Below the pieces are notes generated by a model. It saw only the letters and a program-made list of their open reading frames with translations, ran no database searches and was not told where the DNA came from. Below are positions 27,328 to 35,880 of a stretch of 64,000 bases of DNA, one piece after another (position 1 is the stretch's first letter; each line of letters opens with the position of its first letter). The stretch comes from an uncultured Microthrixaceae bacterium. Lineage in GTDB: Bacteria; Actinomycetota; Acidimicrobiia; Acidimicrobiales; VFJN01. The stretch lies in the NCBI GenBank assembly GCA_963703565.1, contig CAVPEW010000042.1, forward strand, positions 33,327 to 97,326, read 5' to 3'. The position numbers were made by a program, and so were the translations under genes.

Positions 27328-27980
27328 CCGCCGAGAAGCCTGACCTGGTCGAGGGGGCCGACGGGCTCCGGCGCTGCTGGTGGTGCGGTGACGACGCGGA
27401 CTACCTCGCATACCACGACCACGAGTGGGGCGTTCCCCTGCGCGACGAGCGCGCCCTGTACGAGCTGTGCTGCCTGGAAGGGTTCCAGGCGGGGTTGTCG
27501 TGGATCACGATCCTGCGCAAGCGCCCCGCCTTCCGCCGCGCCTTCGAGGGGTTCGTGCCCGAGCGGGTGGCCGACTACGGCGAGGCCGACGTCGAGCGGC
27601 TGCTGGGCGACGCCTGCATCGTGCGACACCGCGGCAAGATCACCGCCGCGGTGGCCAACGCCAACGCGGTCCTCGACATGCGCGCCGCGGGCACGTCGCT
27701 GATCGAGGTCGTGTGGTCGCACGCGCCTGCGGTCCCGGGCACCGCTCCGTCGAAGAGGGCCGACGTGCCGGTTGCGACCGCGGCCGCCGAGGCGCTGGCG
27801 TCGGCACTGCGGGGATGGGGCGTGCGCTTCGTGGGCCCGACCACCGCCTATGCGCTCATGCAGTCCGCCGGCCTTGTCGACGACCACCTGGTGGGGTGCT
27901 GGAGGGCCGGCTCACGGGCGGCCGACGACCGGGCCGGCCCTGGTGGCGTCAGCCGACCGTCGCCCGCCACGGGCCGGTGA
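27324..27980 (+). CDS. tag: DNA-3-methyladenine glycosylase I
   Basis: CWWCGDD..YLAYHDHEWGVP, EGFQAGLSW and FVGPTT..ALMQS.GLV.DH. The TTG start overlaps the GNAT stop. Confidence 0.85.
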   Translation: MTAEKPDLVEGADGLRRCWWCGDDADYLAYHDHEWGVPLRDERALYELCCLEGFQAGLSWITILRKRPAFRRAFEGFVPERVADYGEADVERLLGDACIVRHRGKITAAVANANAVLDMRAAGTSLIEVVWSHAPAVPGTAPSKRADVPVATAAAEALASALRGWGVRFVGPTTAYALMQSAGLVDDHLVGCWRAGSRAADDRAGPGGVSRPSPATGR

Positions 27981-28359
27981 TCTCGAGCGGGCACACCAGC
28001 TCCGCCACTTCGCGCAGCCAGCCCAGCACCTCCAGGGCGTCGGTGTCGTAGGTGCGCAGAACGAGGCCGCGCTTGGGGTGGTCCTGGACCACGTACCAGG
28101 CCTGCGGAACGGGATGGCCCACCAGGGCCATCCGGGCGACGAGCCCTGGCCCTGCCCCGTGCTGCAGTCCGATCTCGCCGGGCGTCCACGTGGCCAGGGG
28201 CACCTCCGGGCCACGGGAGCCGAAGAGGTTCGACAGAGGACCCGCGGGGCGGGGGTCGTCGGCGCCCACCCCCGGGACCAGGTTGACGTAGCTCGCTCCG
28301 GCGAGCAGCGGTGCCAGCGGGGCGAGCTCGCCTCCGGGCAGCTCGATCTGGGTGGGCAC
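27949..28359 (-). CDS. Hypothetical protein
   Basis: 136 codons with consistent GC-rich third positions and a non-repetitive composition. The opposite-strand ORFs are Arg/Gly-rich shadows. I recognise no domain. Confidence 0.5.
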   Translation of the reverse strand: MPTQIELPGGELAPLAPLLAGASYVNLVPGVGADDPRPAGPLSNLFGSRGPEVPLATWTPGEIGLQHGAGPGLVARMALVGHPVPQAWYVVQDHPKRGLVLRTYDTDALEVLGWLREVAELVCPLEITGPWRATVG

Positions 28360-28397
28360 CGGCCTCGACGCTAGCCCGGCCGCCCTAGGCTCGGCCG

Positions 28398-28857
28398 GTG
28401 GCTCTCGGCGAGATCGTGCGCGAGGCGCTCGAGCTGCAGGTGCTCGAGGTCGAACCGGAGCGGGCAGCCGAGGCGATCGGACGGGGCGTGACCTCCCACG
28501 GGGCGGTGCCGGTGGCAGAGGCGCTGCTCGACGCCGCGGCGGTCGCCCTGCGGCGGATGGTGTCGGTCACCGACGCCGCGCTCGACCAGGCCGAGCTGCT
28601 GTCGCGCCTGGCCCTGGACGGCGCGGTGCCCGAGCACCGTCTCGAGCTTCCTGGGCACCATGCTCGGCGCGGCTGCGGCCACAGCCGGCGGGGTGCGTCC
28701 ACCCACCGATGCCCTGGGTGCGCGCCTGGGCGATCAGGACCTGCTCTTCGGTGCCTGGCTGGCGCTGCTGACCGCCGTCCGGGTGGCGGCCCTGGGGATG
28801 GAGGACACCGAGGCGGCCGTGGTGGAGGAGGTGGTGGCCGCCATCGAGTCGTTCTGA
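28398..28857 (+). pseudogene. Hypothetical protein (about 153 aa if repaired), frame broken by one extra base at about 28648-28650
   Basis: Frame 28398 reads sensibly up to ...AVPEHRLEL and then turns Arg/Gly-rich. Track ORF frame 28660 continues LGTMLGAAAATAGG...VVEEVVAAIESF and stops before a strong hairpin. The join is at GAGCTTC. Confidence 0.45.
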
Positions 28858-28864
28858 GCCGGGC

Positions 28865-28908
28865 GGCCCGCCGGGTCCCCGTCGCGCCGGACAGGGACCC
28901 GGCGGGCC
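28865..28908. terminator. 15-bp stem hairpin between convergent genes (bidirectional terminator candidate)
   Basis: GGCCCGCCGGGTCCC (28865-28879) pairs with GGGACCCGGCGGGCC (28894-28908), with a 14-nt loop. It lies between the stop at 28857 and the rpf stop at 28925. Confidence 0.4.
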
Positions 28909-28924
28909 CGGGCCACCGGTCGAC

Positions 28925-29545
28925 TCAGCGGTAGCCGAGCTCGGCGGTGCACGCCGGCCAGGCGCCCCAGCCCTGCGCGGCCTGGAGCCGTCTACCGATC
29001 TCGATCTGCACCTCGCGGGAGGCCTCGTCGGGCCGGCCGGTGCCGCCCATGGACTGCCAGGAGCTCAGCGAGAACTGGAGCCCGCCGTAGTACCCGTTGC
29101 CGGTGTTCGCGGCCCAGTCGCCGCCGCTCTCGCAGCGGGCCAGGGCGTCCCAGGTCGCGTCGGAGGCGGGGTCGCCGAGCGCCGGCGCAGGGGGCTGCGG
29201 GGGCGGAGGGGGCGGGGGCGCGGGAGGAGGGGGGGGAGGAGGAGGAGGGGGAGGAGGGGGAGGTGGAGGCGGGGCGGGCGTGAGCTCCGTCGGCACGGCC
29301 GAGAAGGCGGCGAGGGCGGCGACCGGTGAGCTCGGCCGTTGCAGTGCGGGCTGGTCGGCGAGCACTGCCGCAGCGCGGTGGCTGGTACCGACGGTGGCCG
29401 GGGACGGGTCCAGCGCCGGGGCGCCGAGACCGGTCAGGGCCAGCAGGCCACCGGCGGCAGTGGCACCGACGGCCAGAGCCCGACGCCGCCTGAGGGTGGC
29501 GGGCGTCGGGCCGGTGGTACTGGGTGGGTGATCTGCGGGGCGCAT
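28925..29545 (-). CDS. Resuscitation-promoting factor (Rpf transglycosylase-like domain) with signal/TM anchor and poly-proline linker
   Basis: The C-terminal domain reads [32 protein letters not shown]...[11 protein letters not shown] 29545 has GAGGAG upstream, followed by the [19 protein letters not shown] anchor. Confidence 0.85.
   Translation of the reverse strand: MRPADHPPSTTGPTPATLRRRRALAVGATAAGGLLALTGLGAPALDPSPATVGTSHRAAAVLADQPALQRPSSPVAALAAFSAVPTELTPAPPPPPPPPPPPPPPPPPAPPPPPPPQPPAPALGDPASDATWDALARCESGGDWAANTGNGYYGGLQFSLSSWQSMGGTGRPDEASREVQIEIGRRLQAAQGWGAWPACTAELGYR
29183..29278 (-). repeat. Low-complexity CCN run encoding P-A-P17-A-P7-Q-PP-A-P inside rpf (G-rich on the plus strand)
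   Basis: Codons were read directly. The plus strand shows many runs of three or more G, for example GGGGGCGGAGGGGGCGGGGGCGCGGGAGGAGGGGGGGG. Confidence 0.9.
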
Positions 29546-29783
29546 GCGGTGCTCCTCTTCGGCGGATGGGGGCGCGCGACTGCCTGGGGCGTTGTCGGGG
29601 GGTGAGGTGGCTGGCGCCGGGTGCCGGTCGGCGGCGGGCTGACCGAGACGGGTCAACCTAGGCAGGCTCGTAACCAGACCGCAACATTCCATGGGGTGGC
29701 GGACGAGTGCCTTCCAGGTCGGAGCGCACCGGAGCGGGAGTCGGCACCGCGGGCGGGGGTCGGGGGCGCCTACCGTTCACGAC

Positions 29784-30209
29784 GTGCACGTCGAGGTCGG
29801 CCCGGTCCCTGCCCGCAGCGCACGAACGTGGATCCCCTACGCCCGCGAGGTGATCCGGCATCGCCGGGCCCACGATCCCGAGACCCTCCCCGAGGACGTG
29901 CGCGATGGCTTCTTGTTCTTCCTGGACCGGTGGGAGGCCGCTGCAGGTGGCGAGGAGCTGCGCTGGTCGGCCGACGTGGACCCGGGCACCGTCGAATACC
30001 TCGTGCACGGCTTCTATCGGGTGGCGAGCAGGCTGGCCGAGGAAGCGGAGCGCCCTGGCTCGATCCCCCTGCCAGACGGTGGCGAGGTGTTCTACCGCTC
30101 CCTCGTGAACGCCGTGCTCGACGCCATGTCGGCCGAGGGAGGGCCCGTGGCCGAGTTCGCCGACCAGCTCCGGCCCTTCTGGCCGGGACTGGTCTCGCGG
30201 AGGCGCTGA
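29784..30209 (+). CDS. Hypothetical protein
   Basis: Coding-like composition from GTG 29784 (VHVEVGPVPARSARTWIPYAREV...). The upstream part of the track ORF is Arg/Gly-rich and probably non-coding. No domain recognised. Confidence 0.5.
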   Translation: MHVEVGPVPARSARTWIPYAREVIRHRRAHDPETLPEDVRDGFLFFLDRWEAAAGGEELRWSADVDPGTVEYLVHGFYRVASRLAEEAERPGSIPLPDGGEVFYRSLVNAVLDAMSAEGGPVAEFADQLRPFWPGLVSRRR

Positions 30210-30236
30210 GACCTCGACGACCCGGCCCGGCTGCCG

Positions 30237-31208
30237 TCACGGCGCGAGGGCGGCCGGCTCCATGGCCGCGACCGCAGCCGCCAGAGCCGGCGGGTAGCAG
30301 GCGTGGACGGCCTCGGTGAGCTCGCCGACCTCGGGCAACAGGCTGGGCAGCCATCGGCTGAACATGCCGTCGTCGAACCACGCCACCTCCCTGGGGGTCA
30401 GCTGCCGCCCGACGATCGAGGCCAGGATCGGGTGGCGCCGCAGCCCCTGCCAGCCGACGCACGCGGCCATCGGCTCGAGGCTCGCCCTGGCCGCGTGGGG
30501 TTCGACCGCCATCGCCGACTCGCCGGCCCCGGACAACGGAGGCACCACAGCGGTGCGCGCCTCGGGTGCCAGAGCGACCAGTGGGTGCAACTCGGCGAGG
30601 CCACTCCAGTCGCGCGGTCGTGCTGGAGGGTCTCCCGCGACTCGCACCAGAGCATCGAGCCACAGGAGGTGCACGGTGTGAGCGATCCCTTCGCGCGGCG
30701 GCGGTGTCGACAACCCCAGCACCCGCCTGCACGCGTCGACCACGAGGCCCTCCGCCATCGGGGCGCAGCCAGTGTCGCTGACGGCGGCGGCCACCTGGGC
30801 CGGGGGGCCGCACCGGTGGCGGTGTGGAGCCCGCCAGCCGGAGCCGACCGCTGCGTCGACAGTCGCGTGGACCGTGCCGTCGCGCCCCACCGCGAGCACC
30901 GTCTGCAGCACCGCCAGCCCGTCTCTGCCGGGTTCGACCCGCCGCCCGGTGGCGCCCACCCCGACGGCCACCCACTCGTGGGTTCCCTCGACGAAGAGGA
31001 GGTGGTCCAGGGGGTGGCGCGCGGTGGGCACCACGACCACCTCGAGCTGCTCGGCGCGATGTGTCGCGAGGCCGATCAGGGCCCGGTTCGAGCTGGGGTC
31101 GGCCGCTGTGGTGCCTGCCTGCTCGGCGAGCGCGCCGGCCAGCGCTCCGGTGGGTGAGCCGGCACGGCTCCGGCTCCGATTGTCGAGCCCGGGGGTGGTC
31201 GCGTCCAC
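30237..31208 (-). CDS. Hypothetical protein (323 aa)
   Basis: A long ORF with balanced composition, downstream of the exonuclease gene on the same strand. No motif recognised. Confidence 0.5.
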   Translation of the reverse strand: MDATTPGLDNRSRSRAGSPTGALAGALAEQAGTTAADPSSNRALIGLATHRAEQLEVVVVPTARHPLDHLLFVEGTHEWVAVGVGATGRRVEPGRDGLAVLQTVLAVGRDGTVHATVDAAVGSGWRAPHRHRCGPPAQVAAAVSDTGCAPMAEGLVVDACRRVLGLSTPPPREGIAHTVHLLWLDALVRVAGDPPARPRDWSGLAELHPLVALAPEARTAVVPPLSGAGESAMAVEPHAARASLEPMAACVGWQGLRRHPILASIVGRQLTPREVAWFDDGMFSRWLPSLLPEVGELTEAVHACYPPALAAAVAAMEPAALAP

Positions 31209-31328
31209 GGTGGAACCTCGGTGCCGACCGGCGCGGAGCCGGTGCTGGATCGAGGCGGCCGGAAGCGGGACCGCGAGCCGTTGCCCGACAGTCTCCTTGC
31301 CGGGTGTGACGTCGGGCCGCCCGGCGGT

Positions 31329-31967
31329 TCAGGCGGGAACGGGTGCCGCGCCGCCGCTGGTGCTCTCCACGAAGCGGTCCACGAAGCGACTTGCTGTCGA
31401 CCAGCGCCGTTCGGTCAGGACCCGCGCGAGGCGGGCGTCGCTGGCCGCGTAGGCGTGGAGCACCTCGCGGTCGAGCTCGTGGACGCGGGTTCGGTCCACC
31501 TCGACCGCGGCGAGCCCGACCACCCTGGCGATCGCCTTGAGCGAGCACGACAGGCGCAGCGTCGCGCCCACGTCAGCCCGGTACAGCCGGTACGTGTCGA
31601 CGTGGCCGTGGCGGTGCCAGCGGGCTCGGTAGGAGCCCGGGTGCCCCGGCAGCGGGTCGTGGTGCCGCGCCAGGCGCGGGTCGAGGTGCAGCCGCAGACC
31701 CAGGCGGACGCCGTGGCGGGCCGCGCGGTCCGCGATGAAGGGCAGATCGAACGAGGCGCCGTTCCAGGTCGCGACCACGCCGGGCTCGAGCTCGGCCAGG
31801 CGGGCGTCGAGCGACGTGAGCAGCTCTGGCTCCGCGCCGGTGAAGACCTCCTCGCCCCAGGGCCCCGACAACGCCGCGGTCACCACGCCGGACACTGCGG
31901 GATCCAGGCCGTCGATCGTCGTATCGGTCTCGATGTCGACCCCGTACACGGGGAGCGTCTGGCGCAT
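31329..31967 (-). CDS. DEDD-type 3'-5' exonuclease (RNase H-like fold)
   Basis: The Exo I motif is YGVDIETD, the Exo II motif is WNGASFDLPF, and the Exo III-like motif is HVDTYRLY..D. Confidence 0.65.
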   Translation of the reverse strand: MRQTLPVYGVDIETDTTIDGLDPAVSGVVTAALSGPWGEEVFTGAEPELLTSLDARLAELEPGVVATWNGASFDLPFIADRAARHGVRLGLRLHLDPRLARHHDPLPGHPGSYRARWHRHGHVDTYRLYRADVGATLRLSCSLKAIARVVGLAAVEVDRTRVHELDREVLHAYAASDARLARVLTERRWSTASRFVDRFVESTSGGAAPVPA

Positions 31968-32079
31968 GTGGATCCTGCCTCCCCCCGGAGCCCGGCTTCG
32001 TCGGGGTCCGCGGCTCGCGCAACGCTACGAACGCCGCTGCGTCCGGTGGTGGATGCCGCTGTGGTCGGGCTCCCGCGGT

Positions 32080-32709
32080 TCAGCGGGCCCAGCGGGCCAT
32101 GGCTCTGGCCATGCGCACGGCGGTGTGCGGGCCGAGGGCCTCGTCGACCCCGTCGATGCCGAAGGTGACGGCGATCTCGTCGCGTCCGGGCACCACGTCG
32201 CGCAGGCGCGCGCCGCGCGGCAGGGGTGGCAGCGGCAGGTAGCCGCTCAGGACCGCGGGCAGTGGCGAACCCACCCCCGCGACGCGCATCCGCCGGGGGC
32301 GTAGCCGCAGGAAGGGTCCGCTGACCTCGATGTCGGTGAGAACCTCGCCCAGCACGACCCCGGCGACGCCGGTGCGCACGGCGACGCCAAGCTCGGTCAG
32401 CGCCAGGCGCAGAGGCACGCGGGTGGAGCGCAGCCAGCGGTCGAGCCGGGACTGGGTCACCACTACGCGCACCGTGACCGGCCCGGTGCGCAGGCGGGGC
32501 GGGAACCCGGGTGCGACCCGGACGTCGCGGGCGCGCAGCGAGCAGCGCTGCACCGGGACGCGCGCCAGGTCCAGGCGGGGCAGGTCAAGGCCGAGCCGGT
32601 CGACCCGCCCGGCGGTGAGCCCCCTCGCCGAGACACCCAGGCGGGGTCGGGGGGCGGCGCCAGCGACCGCACCGGCGTTCCCGGCCAGCGTGGCTAGCGT
32701 GGCCAGCAC
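32080..32709 (-). CDS. DUF2993 / LmeA-like lipid-binding family protein
   Basis: An N-terminal hydrophobic anchor (VLATLATLAG) is followed by repeated beta-rich segments (VRV.PGFPPRL..G.VTV...) typical of DUF2993. GTG 32709 lies 2 nt after the PhoH2 stop. Confidence 0.55.
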   Translation of the reverse strand: MLATLATLAGNAGAVAGAAPRPRLGVSARGLTAGRVDRLGLDLPRLDLARVPVQRCSLRARDVRVAPGFPPRLRTGPVTVRVVVTQSRLDRWLRSTRVPLRLALTELGVAVRTGVAGVVLGEVLTDIEVSGPFLRLRPRRMRVAGVGSPLPAVLSGYLPLPPLPRGARLRDVVPGRDEIAVTFGIDGVDEALGPHTAVRMARAMARWAR

Positions 32710-32711
32710 CG

Positions 32712-34100
32712 CTACAGGCGCGTCGCGGCGAGCGAGGCCACCTCGGAACGCTCGCAGTGGGCCAGCCGGACGTGGCCGAACAAGCGCTCGCCGGCGAAAG
32801 CGTCGACCAGCGCAGCGACCGCGTTGTTCTGCTCGGACAGGTAGGGCGCGTCTATCTGGCTGGTGTCGCCGGTGAACACGACCTTGGTGCCCTCGCCGAC
32901 GCGGGTGAGGATCGTCTTGAGGGTGGTCGGCTCGAGGTTCTGGGCCTCGTCGACCAGCACGAAGGTGCCCTGCAGGGTGCGGCCACGCAGGTATGTGACC
33001 GCCTCCAGCGAGAGCTTGTCGCGCCCGGTGAGCTCGTCGAGGATGGCCCGGGCGTCGGCATGGCTCCTCCGTTCGGTCAACGCCACCAGGGCGTCGGTGA
33101 TGGCGGTCATCCACGGGTCGAGCTTCTCGTCGAGGGTCCCCGGCAGGAAGCCCAGCTCGGCCTTGCCCACTGGCACGACCGGCCGGTACACCGCGACCTT
33201 GTCGTACAGGCGAGCCTCCATGACCGACTCCAACCCGGCCGCGAGGGCCAGGATCGTCTTGCCCGTCCCGGCCATCCCGTCCAGAGCCACCACGCGTACC
33301 TCGGGATCCAGGAGCAGGTCCAGGGCGAACTGCTGCTCCTTGGAGCGAGGCCGCAGACCCCAGGGCTCGGGCACGCGCACGATCGGCTCCACACGACCGT
33401 CGCGCCGGCGCACGAGCACCGACTGGCTGCCGGCACGCAGGACCGCGTATCGCTGGTCCAGGCCGGCGAGGGCGGTGTCGTCGGGGGCGTCGAGATCAGC
33501 CGGTGAGAGGCCGCTGGGCGCGGAGTAGCAGCGGTCGACGGTGGTGGCGGCCACCTCCACGGTCGTCCAGCCCGCCGGACGCTCCGCCGCGGGGCGACCA
33601 CGGTGGCGCTGGTGCTCGATGGCCTCCAGGCCCAGCTGGGCGGCCTTGATGCGCAGCGCGGCGTCGTTGGAGACCACCACCGTTGGAGCGTGACTTGCCT
33701 GGCCCAGCGCTGCGGCCAGGATCCGGTTGTCGTTGCGCTCCGGATCGAGGCCGTGCTCGCGGATCTCGCCCAGGTGCAGCCCGTTGGTCTCGATGCGCAC
33801 GGTGCCACCGCCGGGCAACCCCACCGGAGTGCGGATGTCGCCGCCGTTGGCTATGCGCAGCTCCTCCACGGCCCGCAGGACCGCCCGGGCAGCCCATCCG
33901 ACGTGGTCGAGTCGGGACTTGTGCTGGTCGAGCTCCTCGACGACCACGAGGGGCACGACGGCGTCGCAGCCCGGGAAGGCGTGCAGGCAGTCAGGGTCGG
34001 AGATCAGCGCCGAGGTGTCGAGCACCATGCGGGTGGTGACCGGCACCGCGGAGCCGCCCGGGTCGTGGGACCTGAGCGCATCGTGGAGGAGATCGGTCAA
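32712..34100 (-). CDS. PhoH2: PIN-domain RNase fused to a PhoH-like ATPase
   Basis: The PIN domain has VLDTSALISDP and VVEELD. The PhoH domain has the Walker A motif DGMAGTGKT and also LVDEAQN. The start is uncertain: TTG 34100 or upstream within the track ORF. Confidence 0.85.
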   Translation of the reverse strand: MTDLLHDALRSHDPGGSAVPVTTRMVLDTSALISDPDCLHAFPGCDAVVPLVVVEELDQHKSRLDHVGWAARAVLRAVEELRIANGGDIRTPVGLPGGGTVRIETNGLHLGEIREHGLDPERNDNRILAAALGQASHAPTVVVSNDAALRIKAAQLGLEAIEHQRHRGRPAAERPAGWTTVEVAATTVDRCYSAPSGLSPADLDAPDDTALAGLDQRYAVLRAGSQSVLVRRRDGRVEPIVRVPEPWGLRPRSKEQQFALDLLLDPEVRVVALDGMAGTGKTILALAAGLESVMEARLYDKVAVYRPVVPVGKAELGFLPGTLDEKLDPWMTAITDALVALTERRSHADARAILDELTGRDKLSLEAVTYLRGRTLQGTFVLVDEAQNLEPTTLKTILTRVGEGTKVVFTGDTSQIDAPYLSEQNNAVAALVDAFAGERLFGHVRLAHCERSEVASLAATRL

Positions 34101-34267
34101 CGTGCCCCCTGCGGGAACGGGAGCGCGGGGCGACCGACGACCCGAGGGTCGCCCGACGCTCGATCGGGTTGGGATGGGCAACGTCGCAGGCCGCGGTCGG
34201 TCACCGATGGCCATTCAACCCGGGGCGCCCCCACCGGGCGCGGATGGGCGCTCCTAGGGTTCCGGGG

Positions 34268-34696
34268 GTGGCCGTCACCTGCGCCTTCTGCGCGATCGTC
34301 GCCGGTACCGCGCCCGCGCATCGGGTGCTCGACGACGACGTGGCGGTCGGCTTCCTGGATCGTCGGCCGCTGTTCTGCGGTCACGTGCTCGTAGTTCCAC
34401 GTCACCACCACGAGACCCTCGTCGACCTGCCTCCCCGGCAGCTCGGGCCGTACTTCGCCCGGGTCCAGGCGGTCGCCGGGGCGATCCCGGAGGTGCTGGG
34501 CGCGACGGGCACCTTCGTCGCCGCCAACAACGGCGTGAGCCAGAGCGTGGCCCACCTGCACGTGCACGTCGTGCCGCGCCGGCCCCGCGACGGGCTGCGC
34601 GGCTTCTTCTGGCCGCGCACCGCCTACGCCGATGACGCCGAGGCCGCCGAGATGGCCGCCCGGCTGGCTCCCGCCGTGGCCGCCCGGTTGGCCTGA
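34268..34696 (+). CDS. HIT (histidine triad) family protein
   Basis: CAFCAIV near the N-terminus and the HLHVHVVP triad. The start is GTG 34268 or ATG 34244. Confidence 0.8.
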   Translation: MAVTCAFCAIVAGTAPAHRVLDDDVAVGFLDRRPLFCGHVLVVPRHHHETLVDLPPRQLGPYFARVQAVAGAIPEVLGATGTFVAANNGVSQSVAHLHVHVVPRRPRDGLRGFFWPRTAYADDAEAAEMAARLAPAVAARLA

Positions 34697-34707
34697 GCCC
34701 GCTCGGG

Positions 34708-35634
34708 TCAGCCCAGAGCCGCCCGCACCGCGTCGGCGGCGACCGTCATCGCCTTGTCGGCCTCGTCGACCTGGTCGAACATCCCGAAGAAGCCGTGGAT
34801 GAGGGTCTGGTATCGCACGGCGTCGACCTTCACCCCCGCCTCACGCAGGCGCTCGGCGTAGGCCTCGCCCTCGTCGCGCAGCGGGTCGTTGCCGGCGGTG
34901 AGCACCATCGCCGGCGGCAGCCCCGACAGGTCCTTGGCCCGCAGGGGGGCCAGGCGCCAGTCGTCGCGGTGGTCGTCGCCCACGTAGTGGGCGAAGAAGT
35001 AGGCCATGTCGGCCCGCGTCAGCAGGTACCCCTCGGCGTTTTCCTCGTAGGACGAGGTGTCCATCGCCGCGTCGGTGACCGGGTACAGCATCAGCTGAAG
35101 GCGCAGGTCCGGTCCGCCGGCATCGCGGGCGAGCAGGGCGCACACCGCGGTGAGGTTGCCCCCGGCGGAGTCGCCGGCCAGCACGACCCGGCCCGGTGTG
35201 GCCCCCAGCGAGCCGGCGTGCTCGGCCAGCCATCCCAACGCCGCGAACGAGTCGTCGACCGCCGCGGGAAAGGGGTGCTCGGGCGCCAGGCGGTAGTCGA
35301 CCGACGCCACGACCGCACCCGAGCGCTTGGCCAGCTCCCGGCACGAGCCGTCGTGGGTGTCGATGCCTCCCAGGACCCAGCCACCGCCGTGCAGGTACAC
35401 CACGAGGCCGGGAGCGGTCTCCTCGACGGGCCGGTAGACCCGCACCGGGATGTCGCCGGCGGGTCCGGGCACGGTGAGGTCCCTGATCTCCGCCATCGGC
35501 GCGCCGGGACCCCGGTCTGCGTTCATGGCCTTCATGGCCTCCCGGGCCTCGGGCGGCGGGAACGCGCTCAGGCCGGGGAACTGCATCTCGACCATCATGT
35601 CGAGCATTGCGCGGACCTGCGGGTCGACGGTCAT
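34708..35634 (-). CDS. Alpha/beta hydrolase, hormone-sensitive-lipase-like esterase
   Basis: HGGGW oxyanion motif, GDSAGG nucleophile elbow, and DPLRDEG...IHGF. The start is ATG 35634 (MTVDPQV). Confidence 0.85.
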   Translation of the reverse strand: MTVDPQVRAMLDMMVEMQFPGLSAFPPPEAREAMKAMNADRGPGAPMAEIRDLTVPGPAGDIPVRVYRPVEETAPGLVVYLHGGGWVLGGIDTHDGSCRELAKRSGAVVASVDYRLAPEHPFPAAVDDSFAALGWLAEHAGSLGATPGRVVLAGDSAGGNLTAVCALLARDAGGPDLRLQLMLYPVTDAAMDTSSYEENAEGYLLTRADMAYFFAHYVGDDHRDDWRLAPLRAKDLSGLPPAMVLTAGNDPLRDEGEAYAERLREAGVKVDAVRYQTLIHGFFGMFDQVDEADKAMTVAADAVRAALG

Positions 35635-35880
35635 GGCGGGCGGTGCTCCCTCGTTGGTTGTGGCGCCGAGGGACGGGGCCCCGAAACGGGCCCGTGGGCC
35701 GCGTCGGCCGTCCTCCCCCTCGTGACGGCGGTCATCTGGATCGCTGTGCAACGTCTAGCGGTCGGCCGGGCGTTCGGCAACCGGCAACGAGGCCGAACCC
35801 GGCCTAGGGTCGCATCCGGGGGCGCCCCCTGGGCGCCGTGCAGCGGCGCCACGTGAGAGGCCTGGACCGGAAGGGGACCG

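Noticed and set aside
29183-29290. A G/A-rich repetitive tract that could be mistaken for a tandem-repeat locus or a CRISPR-like array.
   Set aside because: It is simply the antisense of the proline codons of the Rpf linker. It has no repeat-spacer organisation, and no cas genes are present anywhere in the window.
29546-29783. A possible ydaO-type (c-di-AMP) riboswitch in the rpf leader, since actinobacterial rpfA genes often carry one.
   Set aside because: In the minus-strand leader I could not find the conserved ydaO blocks as I remember them (GGGGA.CC, GGGGUGAAUC, CCGAAUCCG.CAGCU.ACCUCGUA.GCG). I saw only a plausible promoter (TTGCGG, 18 nt, TAGGTT) and generic GC hairpins. A covariance-model scan would be decisive.
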